DNA of 41,009 bases, taken from the IMG/VR virus record IMGVR_UViG_3300045988_051111; one strand, given 5' to 3'. A program made the translations under genes and the position numbers. The notes below the pieces were generated by a model that saw only the letters and a list, made by a program, of their open reading frames with translations, searched no databases and was not told the origin of the DNA. This DNA is from a virus. This document shows, piece by piece, positions 17,440 through 25,859 of the stretch (position 1 is its first letter; each line of letters opens with the position of its first letter).

Positions 17440-18842
17440 GATGTCTCCTCCTTGGTGAGCGCGTTCCACTCGGCGTGGAATTGCGCGTCATACCGGTAAA
17501 GCCGTTTGAATTCGGCGAGCATGGCCTTAGCGTCCTCGCCGTTGACTGGATTGTTCTCCTGCGCGTTCTGCGTCCTGCCGCCGTCCTGCGGACTGGGCTG
17601 GCCACCCTCGCTGACGTTCAACGGCGTGATGAGCTGGTCGCCGCCAGGAACGCGAGGCCAGTCGAGAATCTTGCGTGCCTGATTCGTGGTCATGAAAGGC
17701 CTGCCGGTAGCAGTGCTGAGCGCCTGATACTGTTCGTAAGTGGTGCCACGGAGTTTCGCGTCCACGTTCGCCCTGATATAGCAGTCCGGCTCGCCCACAG
17801 CCTCTGGAAGGCTGAGATTCAAGGCTTCTTCGAGAGCGACGATGTACGGCATGAGCTCCACGTTCCAGAGCTTCTCCTTGTAGGCGCTGATATTGGAATT
17901 CGTGCCGGTTCGGAATCCGATGTTCTCCGGCGAGATTTGGAAGGCGTTGCATACCGCGATGTTGATGCGGTCACGCGCCTCCAGATCGTTCACATCCACC
18001 GGCTTGAACACATTGTCCAGCGGGCGCATCTCCATGCCGTCCTTCAGGACAGGCCAACCACCCTCACGTCCGCCATTCTGGATGAAGTTACGCAATGCGT
18101 TGGTGAATTCGTCGTAGTCCTCCTGCGACAGCCACGGCATCTCCTTCGGTCGATACACGTAGCCACCGGCTTGCATGCCATTCTTGGCGATACTGCGCCG
18201 GTAGGACGCCATGGCCTTCGCCTCGGCCAATAATGGCCGAAGCACGTTGGTCACACTATCGCCATACTGGAGGCCGGAAATAAAGCCGACATCCAAATGC
18301 ACGCGCGGATCCGGCAAATCGAAATGCATGGCCTGCTGACTGTCCATCGTCAGCAGATTCACGCCGGTAATCTCGCCGAAAGCGTTACCAGCCAGCTGAT
18401 AGCAGTCGGATGGTATGCGACGGAGCGCGAAACGGCCACCATTCACACCAAGCAGGCAAAGCCACCGGTCATCGAGCAGCATGTCACGAAGCAGCATGCT
18501 AAGGAACCGATAGCGCGTCATGCCCGGCAATGGCGAAGGACGCTTCATCAGGTCGGCCAACGCTCCACTGGTGACCTCCTCGGAGTCACCATCAGCGTTC
18601 TTTCGATACACCTTGAATGGCAGCGAGGCGATATTGCGGGTGATGAAGTCGATCACGACACGCACCGCGTACTCACGGCAGTAGATGCCGGAAGCGTCCC
18701 CGTAGAAGTCCATGTCGGACGGCCAGCAATCACCGTTGACGAGCGGGATGCTCGTGGCCGGCATGGGATGCTCGACGGCCTCGGCCATCTTCATGCCCAC
18801 GGTTGCGGCGTTATTGCTGAGGAGCCTGTCAAGGAAACCCAT
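17436..18842 (-). CDS. Portal protein, HK97 family, 468 aa
   Basis: Position after TerL, size, and N-terminal features of the Phage_portal family. Confidence 0.9.
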   Translation of the reverse strand: MGFLDRLLSNNAATVGMKMAEAVEHPMPATSIPLVNGDCWPSDMDFYGDASGIYCREYAVRVVIDFITRNIASLPFKVYRKNADGDSEEVTSGALADLMKRPSPLPGMTRYRFLSMLLRDMLLDDRWLCLLGVNGGRFALRRIPSDCYQLAGNAFGEITGVNLLTMDSQQAMHFDLPDPRVHLDVGFISGLQYGDSVTNVLRPLLAEAKAMASYRRSIAKNGMQAGGYVYRPKEMPWLSQEDYDEFTNALRNFIQNGGREGGWPVLKDGMEMRPLDNVFKPVDVNDLEARDRINIAVCNAFQISPENIGFRTGTNSNISAYKEKLWNVELMPYIVALEEALNLSLPEAVGEPDCYIRANVDAKLRGTTYEQYQALSTATGRPFMTTNQARKILDWPRVPGGDQLITPLNVSEGGQPSPQDGGRTQNAQENNPVNGEDAKAMLAEFKRLYRYDAQFHAEWNALTKEETS

Positions 18843-18863
18843 TCACTCTCCTCTCTTGGAAAA

Positions 18864-20477
18864 TCAGAATCTAACCCTTACGCCGACGCTCGGCGCGTAT
18901 TTCGGTGTCTCGGCTCCGGCCTGCATTGTCTCCAACGCATACAATGCCTGCGATTCGGCGACCAAGCCGGAAATCTGCAATGCGGACTTGGTGCGGTCCC
19001 ACACCTCGACCTCGCCGAGCCTTCGGGACACGGCCACACTCACCTGCTGTTCGACTGCAGGCTGCGGGAGATGCCGCAGCTTGCCCTCACGCACACGGTC
19101 GTGGAAACGCCCGCAGCACGCGCCCAGCCGGAATCCTTCGATGAGATGCACCGTCCACCCTTTTTCGGTCAGCGGGTCGATGAAGTCCACTGCCGGACAA
19201 CCCTTGCCCTGCACGGCGATCTCCGTGATATGCGGCCAACGCTCCTGCAAAAGGTCGAGATAATGCGGCACCCACAGCATGCCGTCACGGCGGGCTATCA
19301 GCTCCACGTGCGGCAAACCGTCCGCACGAATTCCGGCGGCGGCCACATACGTGGTCTTACGGTCGGCAGACGTGTCCACGGACAGGACGACACGATTACC
19401 GTCAGGGATCGTGGAACGCGAGTCGATGCCACTGGCCCACATTTTCGGACCGATGAAAGGAATGATGTCAGCCGTGACCCACTGGCACAGGACCTCGGTG
19501 CGGAACGCGGCCTCGGTCATGCCGTCAATGTCGGACCGAACCGACATGACGGTCATCGGCCCATAGCCGAGCGACGGATTCGCATGCCGGATGGCGTCGG
19601 CATCATCCACCGGACACTTGTCAGGCGCAGACCACTCGAAATAGCCGAACGATCCGTCCTGCTCGCCGGACGTGAACACGTCGGCCGGATTTCCACCGTC
19701 GGCGCTCAGGCGCGTCCACTCGTCTACAAGCTTGCGCCCCTTGTCCACCTGCTTGCGCAACGCCACAGACCTGTAGTCGCCAGCATTGGAAATGCCCCAC
19801 AACTGGCTCGACCACACGGCCTTCGTGGTCTGGCTGACGGCATTCCAGCCATCATCATTATGCTGCTCACGCAGCTCGTCGAACACGACACGGGCGGCCG
19901 ATTTCGCTCGAATGTTCTTATCGGCGCGGACGATATACCGGGCTTTCGAGCGGGTGATGATCGCTTCCTCGCCGTTAGTGTTGACGAATTTCTGCGTCAT
20001 CGCGGCAAGATCCGGAATCACCAGATCCGCTTCCTCATCGGTAGAAGGCTGAGGATTGCACCACTCCTTGACCTGATTGTACGGGCCCTTCGCATTGTCC
20101 AACGTCTGCGCAGCACCGACCACGAGGAATTTGACGGGCGGAACCCGGTCGGGATGCTTGTTGGAATCGACGAACAGCCACCATGCGGCCAGCACGCCCA
20201 TGAGCGTGGTCTTGCCATTCTGGCGGGCGACAAGCACAATCACCTTGCGGAAACGATACGAACCATCCTCCAGCAGTTCGAGCGCATGGACGAGCAGCCA
20301 CTGCTGCCACGGGTAGAGATGCACATGCAGCATGATCTCCGCGAACGCGATCACCGCGAAACCATTCGAGGTCTCCTTGGTCAACGGCCTGAGCGGCGGC
20401 GTGAAGATACGCGGCAAGGTCACACCATGCCTCTCATCGTCGATGGCACCGAAAACCGTGAGATTCTCCGCCGCCAT
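18864..20477 (-). CDS. terL: Terminase large subunit, 537 aa
   Basis: Walker A-like VLVARQNGKTT. Terminase_1-like layout with a C-terminal nuclease region. Confidence 0.95.
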   Translation of the reverse strand: MAAENLTVFGAIDDERHGVTLPRIFTPPLRPLTKETSNGFAVIAFAEIMLHVHLYPWQQWLLVHALELLEDGSYRFRKVIVLVARQNGKTTLMGVLAAWWLFVDSNKHPDRVPPVKFLVVGAAQTLDNAKGPYNQVKEWCNPQPSTDEEADLVIPDLAAMTQKFVNTNGEEAIITRSKARYIVRADKNIRAKSAARVVFDELREQHNDDGWNAVSQTTKAVWSSQLWGISNAGDYRSVALRKQVDKGRKLVDEWTRLSADGGNPADVFTSGEQDGSFGYFEWSAPDKCPVDDADAIRHANPSLGYGPMTVMSVRSDIDGMTEAAFRTEVLCQWVTADIIPFIGPKMWASGIDSRSTIPDGNRVVLSVDTSADRKTTYVAAAGIRADGLPHVELIARRDGMLWVPHYLDLLQERWPHITEIAVQGKGCPAVDFIDPLTEKGWTVHLIEGFRLGACCGRFHDRVREGKLRHLPQPAVEQQVSVAVSRRLGEVEVWDRTKSALQISGLVAESQALYALETMQAGAETPKYAPSVGVRVRF

Positions 20478-20490
20478 CAGACACCGCCTC

Positions 20491-20853
20491 CTAGCCGAAA
20501 CGCTTCATGAAATCCGCCATCTGCACAACCTTGTCGCTCTTCGGCTTCTCCTGCTTCGCCTCGGCCTTCGGCTTCGCAGGCCGACCAACCTTAGCCGGAA
20601 CATCCACCGTCAAACCAAGCGACTGGCAGTATTTCAAAAACGTCGGAACCGACACATTGTCCAATTTCCCGTTCTCGTCAATGAAACCAGTCTCGCAAAT
20701 CGAATCAATCCGGTTGGCAAGGATACGCGCAGCGGCCACGACAGCCGCATTCTCGGCACGCAACGACTTCGCATTACGCAAAGACCTCTCCAACGCATCA
20801 GCCACGGACTCATGCGGGAAACGACGCTCGGAAACACCCTTCTTAACTGCCAT
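20491..20853 (-). CDS. terS: Terminase small subunit (putative), 120 aa
   Basis: Immediately upstream of TerL. GAAGGAGG RBS. Small protein with a basic C-terminal tail. Confidence 0.6.
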   Translation of the reverse strand: MAVKKGVSERRFPHESVADALERSLRNAKSLRAENAAVVAAARILANRIDSICETGFIDENGKLDNVSVPTFLKYCQSLGLTVDVPAKVGRPAKPKAEAKQEKPKSDKVVQMADFMKRFG

Positions 20854-20905
20854 AAAGCCTCCTTCACGCGCGACCCATCAACAAAAAACATCATCGGGGA
20901 GAGGA

Positions 20906-20941
20906 AGAGCAACCACGCGGGCAGTGTTGCGTGGTTGCTCT
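20906..20941 (-). terminator. 13-bp perfect-stem hairpin between the early/middle genes and terS (terminator and/or cos-region element)
   Basis: Stem agagcaaccacgc / gcgtggttgctct with a 10-nt loop. Begins 5 nt after the stop at 20946. Confidence 0.5.
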
Positions 20942-20945
20942 GTTT

Positions 20946-21227
20946 TCAGGATTTCACCGCCCCTACCTCGTCGGGGTTGGTTTCGAATGCTGTTTTGAAT
21001 GCTTTGATTGCGTTTGTGAATCGTGTGATGAGTTCGTCTGTGCTTGGTGGCTTGGGTCTGATGAGTGTGGTGTATGTGGCTCCGACTTTGTAGGTGTTGA
21101 CTTCGTTGTGGGTGACGTTGATCGGGATGTTGACGGTGAATGAGCCGATTGGGAATGTCTTGTCACTGATTGTGGCGATGAGCTCTAGTGTGACTGGCTG
21201 CTGTGGCATCATTGCCTCCTTGCTCAT
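20946..21227 (-). CDS. Hypothetical protein, 93 aa
   Basis: ATGA overlap with the HNH stop. Confidence 0.5.
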   Translation of the reverse strand: MSKEAMMPQQPVTLELIATISDKTFPIGSFTVNIPINVTHNEVNTYKVGATYTTLIRPKPPSTDELITRFTNAIKAFKTAFETNPDEVGAVKS

Positions 21228-21529
21228 GCTGTTGTTATCCATTGTCTTGAGAGTGTTCCGATTGGTGTTGGTGGGTCTTGGTTGCCTCGGAGTCTATTGC
21301 AGCTGGTGTGGCTTGGGCGGAAGCCTGCTGGGTCGAACTGGAGTTCGGCGTGTTTGCTGACTGGGTAGAGGTGGTCAAGATTGTATGATTCGTCGCTCGT
21401 GTTCTTTTCGGCGGTGTAGTCGATTGGCATTCCGCAGAGCCAACAGACCGCATGCCGTGCTTTGCATTGGTTGAAGAATGCGGCCTTGTCTTTTTCGAAT
21501 TGGCGTGTGGTCTTGCGGACTCTTGGCAT
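21224..21529 (-). CDS. HNH endonuclease (terminase-associated), 101 aa
   Basis: CWLCG...NLDHLYPVS...RPSHTSCN is an HNH pattern. Lies next to the terminase genes. Confidence 0.85.
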   Translation of the reverse strand: MPRVRKTTRQFEKDKAAFFNQCKARHAVCWLCGMPIDYTAEKNTSDESYNLDHLYPVSKHAELQFDPAGFRPSHTSCNRLRGNQDPPTPIGTLSRQWITTA

Positions 21530-21698
21530 GTGGTCACCGCCTTGGTGCTTCGTGCCGGAGTCGGACCGGCGTGGGTGGAATGCGTTGTTGTCATCATGGT
21601 TGTGTGCGGTGTGGTGCCATGGTTGGTTGGGGTCCGACCGTTGGTATTTGCGCTATTCCGCCTGCTCTGCTGTTGAGCTATCGAAGCTGGATATGAAT

Positions 21699-21728
21699 AA
21701 TGGTCCAACCGTTTCCGGCTGAACCATT
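21699..21728 (-). promoter_or_regulatory. Leader RNA hairpin: 13-bp stem with GAAA tetraloop
   Basis: Minus strand: AAUGGUUCAGCCG-GAAA-CGGUUGGACCAUU, with 11 Watson-Crick and 2 G-U pairs. Starts about 10 nt after the predicted TSS. Confidence 0.5.
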
Positions 21729-21743
21729 CTACGAACATACGAC

Positions 21744-21772
21744 AGTATAGCATTTCAACGGTGACAGTCAAG
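21744..21772 (-). promoter_or_regulatory. Putative late promoter (TTGACT-16 nt-TATACT)
   Basis: Near-consensus -35 (21767-21772) and -10 (21744-21749) on the minus strand, overlapping the 3' end of the upstream gene. Confidence 0.5.
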
Positions 21773-22504
21773 TAGTGCGGCCAGCTCGCCTAGGTTGAAC
21801 ATGTACTGCCGCTTGTGTTCCGTCGGCGTGGCGTGGAGTTTGCCGCGTTTGAGCCATTGGCTGATGAGGTTGCGTGATATGGTCAGGCCGTATCGTTTCA
21901 ACTCCTTGGCTGCATCGCTGGGTGTGCCGGTGATTTGCACTTGCCATAGTCTTTCGTCTCGGGCTGCTTTGATTGCTGGTGCCGCCCATTCGCTGTGGCA
22001 GTCTGGGCATGTGGCTGATTCGGCTTCTGGCGTGCCGGTGAGCATGCTGTGGCAGTTTGGGCAGGTGCCGAGGATTATGAGCTCGTCTTCCGGTGTCAGG
22101 GCTTGTTCGTTGCGTCTGGTGATGTGTTCCAGGGCGGCGTAGTCGTCTGCTGCGGTGTTCATCGTCAATATGGTGTGTTTGTTGCTGATGATGGCGAACC
22201 ATGCTTTCCGCCAGTCGTATCCAGCGTATGCCGCTCTGATTTTGCCTGCTTGTTCGGCGAGCCATGCTTCCGATTCTTCGATGAGGTCTTGTGCGCGGGT
22301 GTCGATCGGGAGTGGCGCGTTTCCTCGGTTTGGCGTGTGTTCCGGGGTTCCGATGTGGGCTTGTCGGAGCATGATGCTTCGCAGGGTTGGTAGTTGGGTG
22401 TGTCCGAGTTGGTGGATGAGCTGCCAGTAGTCTTCGCGGCAGTGCTGGCAGAGTGGATTGTCCGCCTGCTTCGTGGGCTTGTGGCAGTGCTGGCAGTCGG
22501 TCAA
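21755..22504 (-). CDS. Double zinc-ribbon protein with C-terminal HTH (possible late-gene regulator), about 249 aa, TTG start
   Basis: CQHC...CQHC and CPNC...CPDC pairs. C-terminal sequence GLTISRNLISQWLKRGKL is HTH-like. TTGA overlap with the upstream stop. AAGGAG RBS. Confidence 0.5.
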   Translation of the reverse strand: MTDCQHCHKPTKQADNPLCQHCREDYWQLIHQLGHTQLPTLRSIMLRQAHIGTPEHTPNRGNAPLPIDTRAQDLIEESEAWLAEQAGKIRAAYAGYDWRKAWFAIISNKHTILTMNTAADDYAALEHITRRNEQALTPEDELIILGTCPNCHSMLTGTPEAESATCPDCHSEWAAPAIKAARDERLWQVQITGTPSDAAKELKRYGLTISRNLISQWLKRGKLHATPTEHKRQYMFNLGELAALLDCHR

Positions 22505-22644
22505 AGTCTGGTCTCCTTGTCGTGCTGGTGGATGATGGCCGCGATTGCGGCTTTGGGCACTTGCGGCACGAGTGGCGCGATCTCGTCGAGCGTGTATCCG
22601 GCTCGATGCCATTTGATGATCATGTTTTCGAGTATTTTCTTCAT
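22501..22644 (-). CDS. Small HTH-like protein, 47 aa
   Basis: WHRAGYTLDEIAPLV pattern. ATGA overlap. Confidence 0.45.
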   Translation of the reverse strand: MKKILENMIIKWHRAGYTLDEIAPLVPQVPKAAIAAIIHQHDKETRL

Positions 22645-22868
22645 TTGCTTTTCCTTGGTTTGAAGGTCTTGATGATTCGCTGCGAAGTATCGCAGGTTAC
22701 GCGCACCTCGTATGGCCTGTGGCGGGAGTCGGCGCGCTCCTGCGCCACATCCGATGCCTCTTGGAGCGTTTCGTACACTCGGCATGTATACAGTCTCATA
22801 TCACCCTTCGGGCGGACGATGTAGCCGGACCAGATGCTTGTGTCCAACGTGCCAATGCCGTCCATCAT
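22641..22868 (-). CDS. Hypothetical protein, 75 aa
   Basis: ORF with ATGA coupling. Confidence 0.45.
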   Translation of the reverse strand: MMDGIGTLDTSIWSGYIVRPKGDMRLYTCRVYETLQEASDVAQERADSRHRPYEVRVTCDTSQRIIKTFKPRKSK

Positions 22869-23176
22869 TCACCGTCCTTTTCGATGACAGCGCCCATGGC
22901 TTCCCGATATTTCTTCGTTCGTTGGAACCGGTCGGCGAGCATGTTCGCGGCCTTGTCGATGATCTCGTCCTTGCGTTCTTCGAGGAAGCTTTGCAAAGCG
23001 GCCCCCAGCAATCCATTCCACATGTTTTCCCGCGAATACGCGTTGGTGTGCGCGAAAACACTGTCCACGGCGTTTTTGGTGAGCTTGTCGAGCACGTCAC
23101 TGTAGGCGTGTTCCTCGATGCGGTTCTGAATGGCCTTGTCGTCGATGCCGATGGCGAACTGCACGATGTGTTCCAT
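22865..23176 (-). CDS. Hypothetical protein, 103 aa
   Basis: GAAAAGGAAGGAAAG RBS before the ATG at 23176. Confidence 0.5.
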   Translation of the reverse strand: MEHIVQFAIGIDDKAIQNRIEEHAYSDVLDKLTKNAVDSVFAHTNAYSRENMWNGLLGAALQSFLEERKDEIIDKAANMLADRFQRTKKYREAMGAVIEKDGE

Positions 23177-23178
23177 GA

Positions 23179-23355
23179 TTACTTTCCTTCCTTTTCGATT
23201 TTGACGGTCTCCTTGTATGGGTTTTCGCTTGTATATTGCGGGAAGTCGCATTCCTGGTCTTTCCAACCGGCGGCATAGCCTTCGCTCCATGCCTTGCGGC
23301 GCTCGTGTTCCAATCGTTCATGGCTGTACATGGTTTTCGGTTCGTCGTTTCTCAT
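23179..23355 (-). CDS. Hypothetical protein, 58 aa
   Basis: ATGA overlap with the upstream stop. Confidence 0.45.
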   Translation of the reverse strand: MRNDEPKTMYSHERLEHERRKAWSEGYAAGWKDQECDFPQYTSENPYKETVKIEKEGK

Positions 23356-23585
23356 TTCGTGTCCTTGCTTTGGTTCGGTGTCTCGTCCGGCATGGTGTCG
23401 GGATGGTCGAGCATGTGCTGGCAATGGCGTATGACCATCGCCAGTGTGTCTGCCTTTATGAGGTTGGCGTTGATGTTGGCGTAGAAGTCGCCGTCCGGTG
23501 CGTCGCAAAGCTCGTTGGCGAGGTCGGTGCACCAGTCGATGATTTCGTGCAGGGTTTTGTTTTTCTGGGTTATGTTCGTGGGCAT
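23352..23585 (-). CDS. Hypothetical protein, 77 aa (paralogue of the N-terminal half of 25856..26359)
   Basis: MPTNITQKNKTLHEIIDW...MPDETPNQSKDTK compared with MATNVTEKDKALQEVIDF...MPSEVPNQSEDTK. Confidence 0.55.
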   Translation of the reverse strand: MPTNITQKNKTLHEIIDWCTDLANELCDAPDGDFYANINANLIKADTLAMVIRHCQHMLDHPDTMPDETPNQSKDTK

Positions 23586-24376
23586 GGTTTTTCCTTCCGG
23601 TTGAGTTCGGCGGCGAGCGTGCATGCTGTTTCGTCTGGTTGGGCGGTTTCCTTGTCGCGTCCGAGCGCTTGCAGGACGTGTTCGCATTGCCACGTGTGTA
23701 TGTGGCGTTTCGAGGGTGGGATGCCGCTCATGTTGGCGCGGCGTTGGCACCAGCCTTTCCATTGGCGTGTCCAGTCGTTAATGGTGCGTGTTTCGTGTTG
23801 GTGGCGGCCTGCGAATGCGAGCCATGCGGATTCGAGGTCGAGGTTCGGATATTCCACGGCCAGTGTCTTGTCGGTTTCGACGCACTCCCGCGATTCGCCG
23901 AAATCCTTCACGCCGGTTTCTTTGGAGAAAGAAGAAGAATATTCTTCTTTCTCTTTCTTTGGTGTTCTGGTGTTCTGGTGTTCTGGTGTTTGTCCCGATT
24001 CTGTTTCGATTCTGCCGGCAGTCTGCGCACTTTCTGCCGGCAGACTTTCGGCAGAATACCGTTCGCGCTCACGCTTGCGTTTGGCCATGACCTGCTGACG
24101 GCTCCGGTTGTGCTCAAGATAATCGTGGATGACATAGCCGCCATCCACGCTCTCGATCAATCCGACCTGCTGCAATGCGTCAAGCTCCTGCACGGTGATG
24201 TCGAGCACGAACTCGGCGGTGTCCTCGTCCACATAACCGTCCGTGAGATTGTCACCGCAGTAGGAAAGCATGACGACGAATGCGCTGATGGCAGAGGGCA
24301 TGGTGCGGCGTAGACGGCGCACCTTCCGGTTCAGGTAGAAGCCGTTCGACAATTGCACGTACCCGCGCCTAGCCAT
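23570..24376 (-). CDS. Putative replication initiator / replisome organiser, 268 aa
   Basis: The N-terminus (GYVQLSNGFYLNRKVRRL...) resembles phage replisome-organiser N-domains. A central low-complexity linker coincides with a DNA repeat cluster. Confidence 0.4.
   Translation of the reverse strand: MARRGYVQLSNGFYLNRKVRRLRRTMPSAISAFVVMLSYCGDNLTDGYVDEDTAEFVLDITVQELDALQQVGLIESVDGGYVIHDYLEHNRSRQQVMAKRKRERERYSAESLPAESAQTAGRIETESGQTPEHQNTRTPKKEKEEYSSSFSKETGVKDFGESRECVETDKTLAVEYPNLDLESAWLAFAGRHQHETRTINDWTRQWKGWCQRRANMSGIPPSKRHIHTWQCEHVLQALGRDKETAQPDETACTLAAELNRKEKPCPRT
23932..24055. repeat. Repeat cluster (candidate ori): 18-bp AT-rich palindrome, 4 x 8-bp tandem ggtgttct, 2 x cgattctg, 2 x ttctgccggcag
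   Basis: Read directly: palindrome at 23932-23949; tandem units at 23961-23992; 12-mers at 24010-24021 and 24032-24043 (22-bp spacing). Confidence 0.55.
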
Positions 24377-24393
24377 TTATCTCTCTCCTTCCT

Positions 24394-24853
24394 TCATCTT
24401 TCTCCGGTGCGCATTACGACGATCATGCTGGGGAATGGCGCCGGGCCGCCCGGTATGCCGTTCGTCTCGAACCGGAGTCGGCCTTTGAGGAACCTGACCT
24501 CCGCACGGTTGAGAATGAATTGTTGGAACCAGCGTGTGTCGGTGCGAGCGGGCAGGAGCATGACGACGAGGGTGTCTTTGCGGCTGGCTTCTGCGCTGCA
24601 TTTGCGCACCCATTCCGCGATTGCCTTGCCGTATGGAGGATTGCAGAATACCGTCTCCCCCCCCCCACTCATGATCAAATGCGCTGTCTTCGGCTGTATA
24701 GTATTTCTGGCACTTGTGGTTCGTTGCGCTGCTAGCCGCGTCTAACGTGAAGTGAAACTCCGCGTCGAGCTGGTCAAACAATTCCTGTGGAGTCTCCCAA
24801 TTCATGCGGTTTGACATGTAAGCTGCGCCACCGGCACCAGTGAAATCGCTCAT
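24394..24853 (-). CDS. Dam-like DNA N6-adenine methyltransferase (phage Dam family), interrupted by G10 (G9 gives 152 aa)
   Basis: Upstream frame: NWETPQELFDQLDAEFHFTLDAAS...DHEWGG. Downstream frame: ETVFCNPPYGKAIAEWVRK...LLPARTDTRWF...RLRFE. Confidence 0.75.
24657..24666 (-). repeat. Homopolymer G10 inside the Dam-like MTase
   Basis: Counted directly: four c at 24657-24660 plus six c at 24661-24666. Confidence 0.95.
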
Positions 24854-24884
24854 TTTTAGTCTCGTTTCCTTCCTTGTTCGGCCA

Positions 24885-25061
24885 TCACATGCTCCCGAGC
24901 CCTCGGTAGAATTCGTCGTCGGTCATGCCATACAGCGGGTCCATGCCAGTTGTCGGCCTGCGCATGGCCAGCTTGTACCCGCAGTAGGGGCATGTCACGT
25001 AATATGTGCCGACGGTCTCGCCGCAGTGGGCGCATTCCACATACTTGATCGTCTTGCTCAT
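24885..25061 (-). CDS. Zinc-ribbon protein, 58 aa
   Basis: CAHC...CPYC pairs. ATGA overlap. Below the ORF-track length cutoff. Confidence 0.45.
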   Translation of the reverse strand: MSKTIKYVECAHCGETVGTYYVTCPYCGYKLAMRRPTTGMDPLYGMTDDEFYRGLGSM

Positions 25062-25387
25062 TCGTTTACCGCCTTCCGTGCGGTTTCGAGCAGGTCTCGT
25101 GCCTTGTCAAGCCATTCGTCTTCAGCGTCGCACATGCCCATGTTCCGCCATAGGTTCTTCTCTTGTTCGGCTGGCGGCTCGGTCGGGAACCAGAGTGGCG
25201 GTTGTGAGAGGTAGCACAGTCTTTTCGCCACGGCCTCTATCTCGGCATTCGTGGGTGGCGCGTTGCGACCGCGCAGGTATGCTTCCTGCAAATCGTCCGT
25301 GTCGCAGCAAAACTGTTCCTTGACATGCGTTCCATCCCAGTGGCGGGTCGGATACGCCTTCTCAGCTTCATCATCCGCGATACTCAT
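25058..25387 (-). CDS. Hypothetical protein, 109 aa
   Basis: ATGA coupling at 25384-25387. Confidence 0.5.
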   Translation of the reverse strand: MSIADDEAEKAYPTRHWDGTHVKEQFCCDTDDLQEAYLRGRNAPPTNAEIEAVAKRLCYLSQPPLWFPTEPPAEQEKNLWRNMGMCDAEDEWLDKARDLLETARKAVNE

Positions 25388-25665
25388 TCCCACATCTCCG
25401 TTTCGTCGTTCCTGTAGTTCTTGCATTGGAATATGCGTGCTAACGTGTCAGCATCATCCAACGTTTGTTGCGGTATCGGTTCGAGCATTCCGGTCGGATA
25501 GTCGCGTGCCGCTACAGCTATCCGGGCTTTTTCCTGCATTTCCCAGAGGATCAGCTTGTACCCCTTGAGCATGTCGGTATGCGCGTCGTAGATTCTCCTG
25601 ATGCTGACTGCATAGTGCGTATCAGTCATAGGCAGTGTTTTTTCATCGGTTTCCGCTGCGCTCAT
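25384..25665 (-). CDS. Hypothetical protein, 93 aa
   Basis: ATGA coupling. Conserved AGGACACGAAATGA junction. Confidence 0.5.
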   Translation of the reverse strand: MSAAETDEKTLPMTDTHYAVSIRRIYDAHTDMLKGYKLILWEMQEKARIAVAARDYPTGMLEPIPQQTLDDADTLARIFQCKNYRNDETEMWE

Positions 25666-25859
25666 TTCGTGTCCTTCCAATGTTTTTCACGCCAGTCGGC
25701 GATTCTCTGACGGTCTTCGTCTGTTAATCCCTCATGGCACTTGAACATGACAAGGCTGAGCGCGAACTCGTAGCCTTCGCTCCACTTGTCAGGCACGCCA
25801 TGCACATGGTTCTCGTCGAAGAGGTAACGGCAGTAATCATGCAGTTCGTCAATCGTCAT
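25662..25859 (-). CDS. Hypothetical protein, 65 aa
   Basis: ATGA coupling. Conserved junction. Confidence 0.5.
   Translation of the reverse strand: MTIDELHDYCRYLFDENHVHGVPDKWSEGYEFALSLVMFKCHEGLTDEDRQRIADWREKHWKDTK

Noticed and set aside
18297-20510. 737-aa plus-strand ORF, and similar long plus-strand ORFs at 3286-4869, 15440-16696 and 28405-29559
   Set aside because: They lie antisense to well-supported minus-strand genes (TerL, Tal, MCP, YqaJ). Their translations are Arg/His/Gly-rich and low complexity, and they lack RBSs. These are typical shadow ORFs of a high-GC genome.
21235-21771. 178-aa Thr/His/Ser-rich minus-strand ORF
   Set aside because: It overlaps the HNH gene out of frame and spans the C-rich leader. 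The composition reflects the C/A-rich sequence rather than a real protein.
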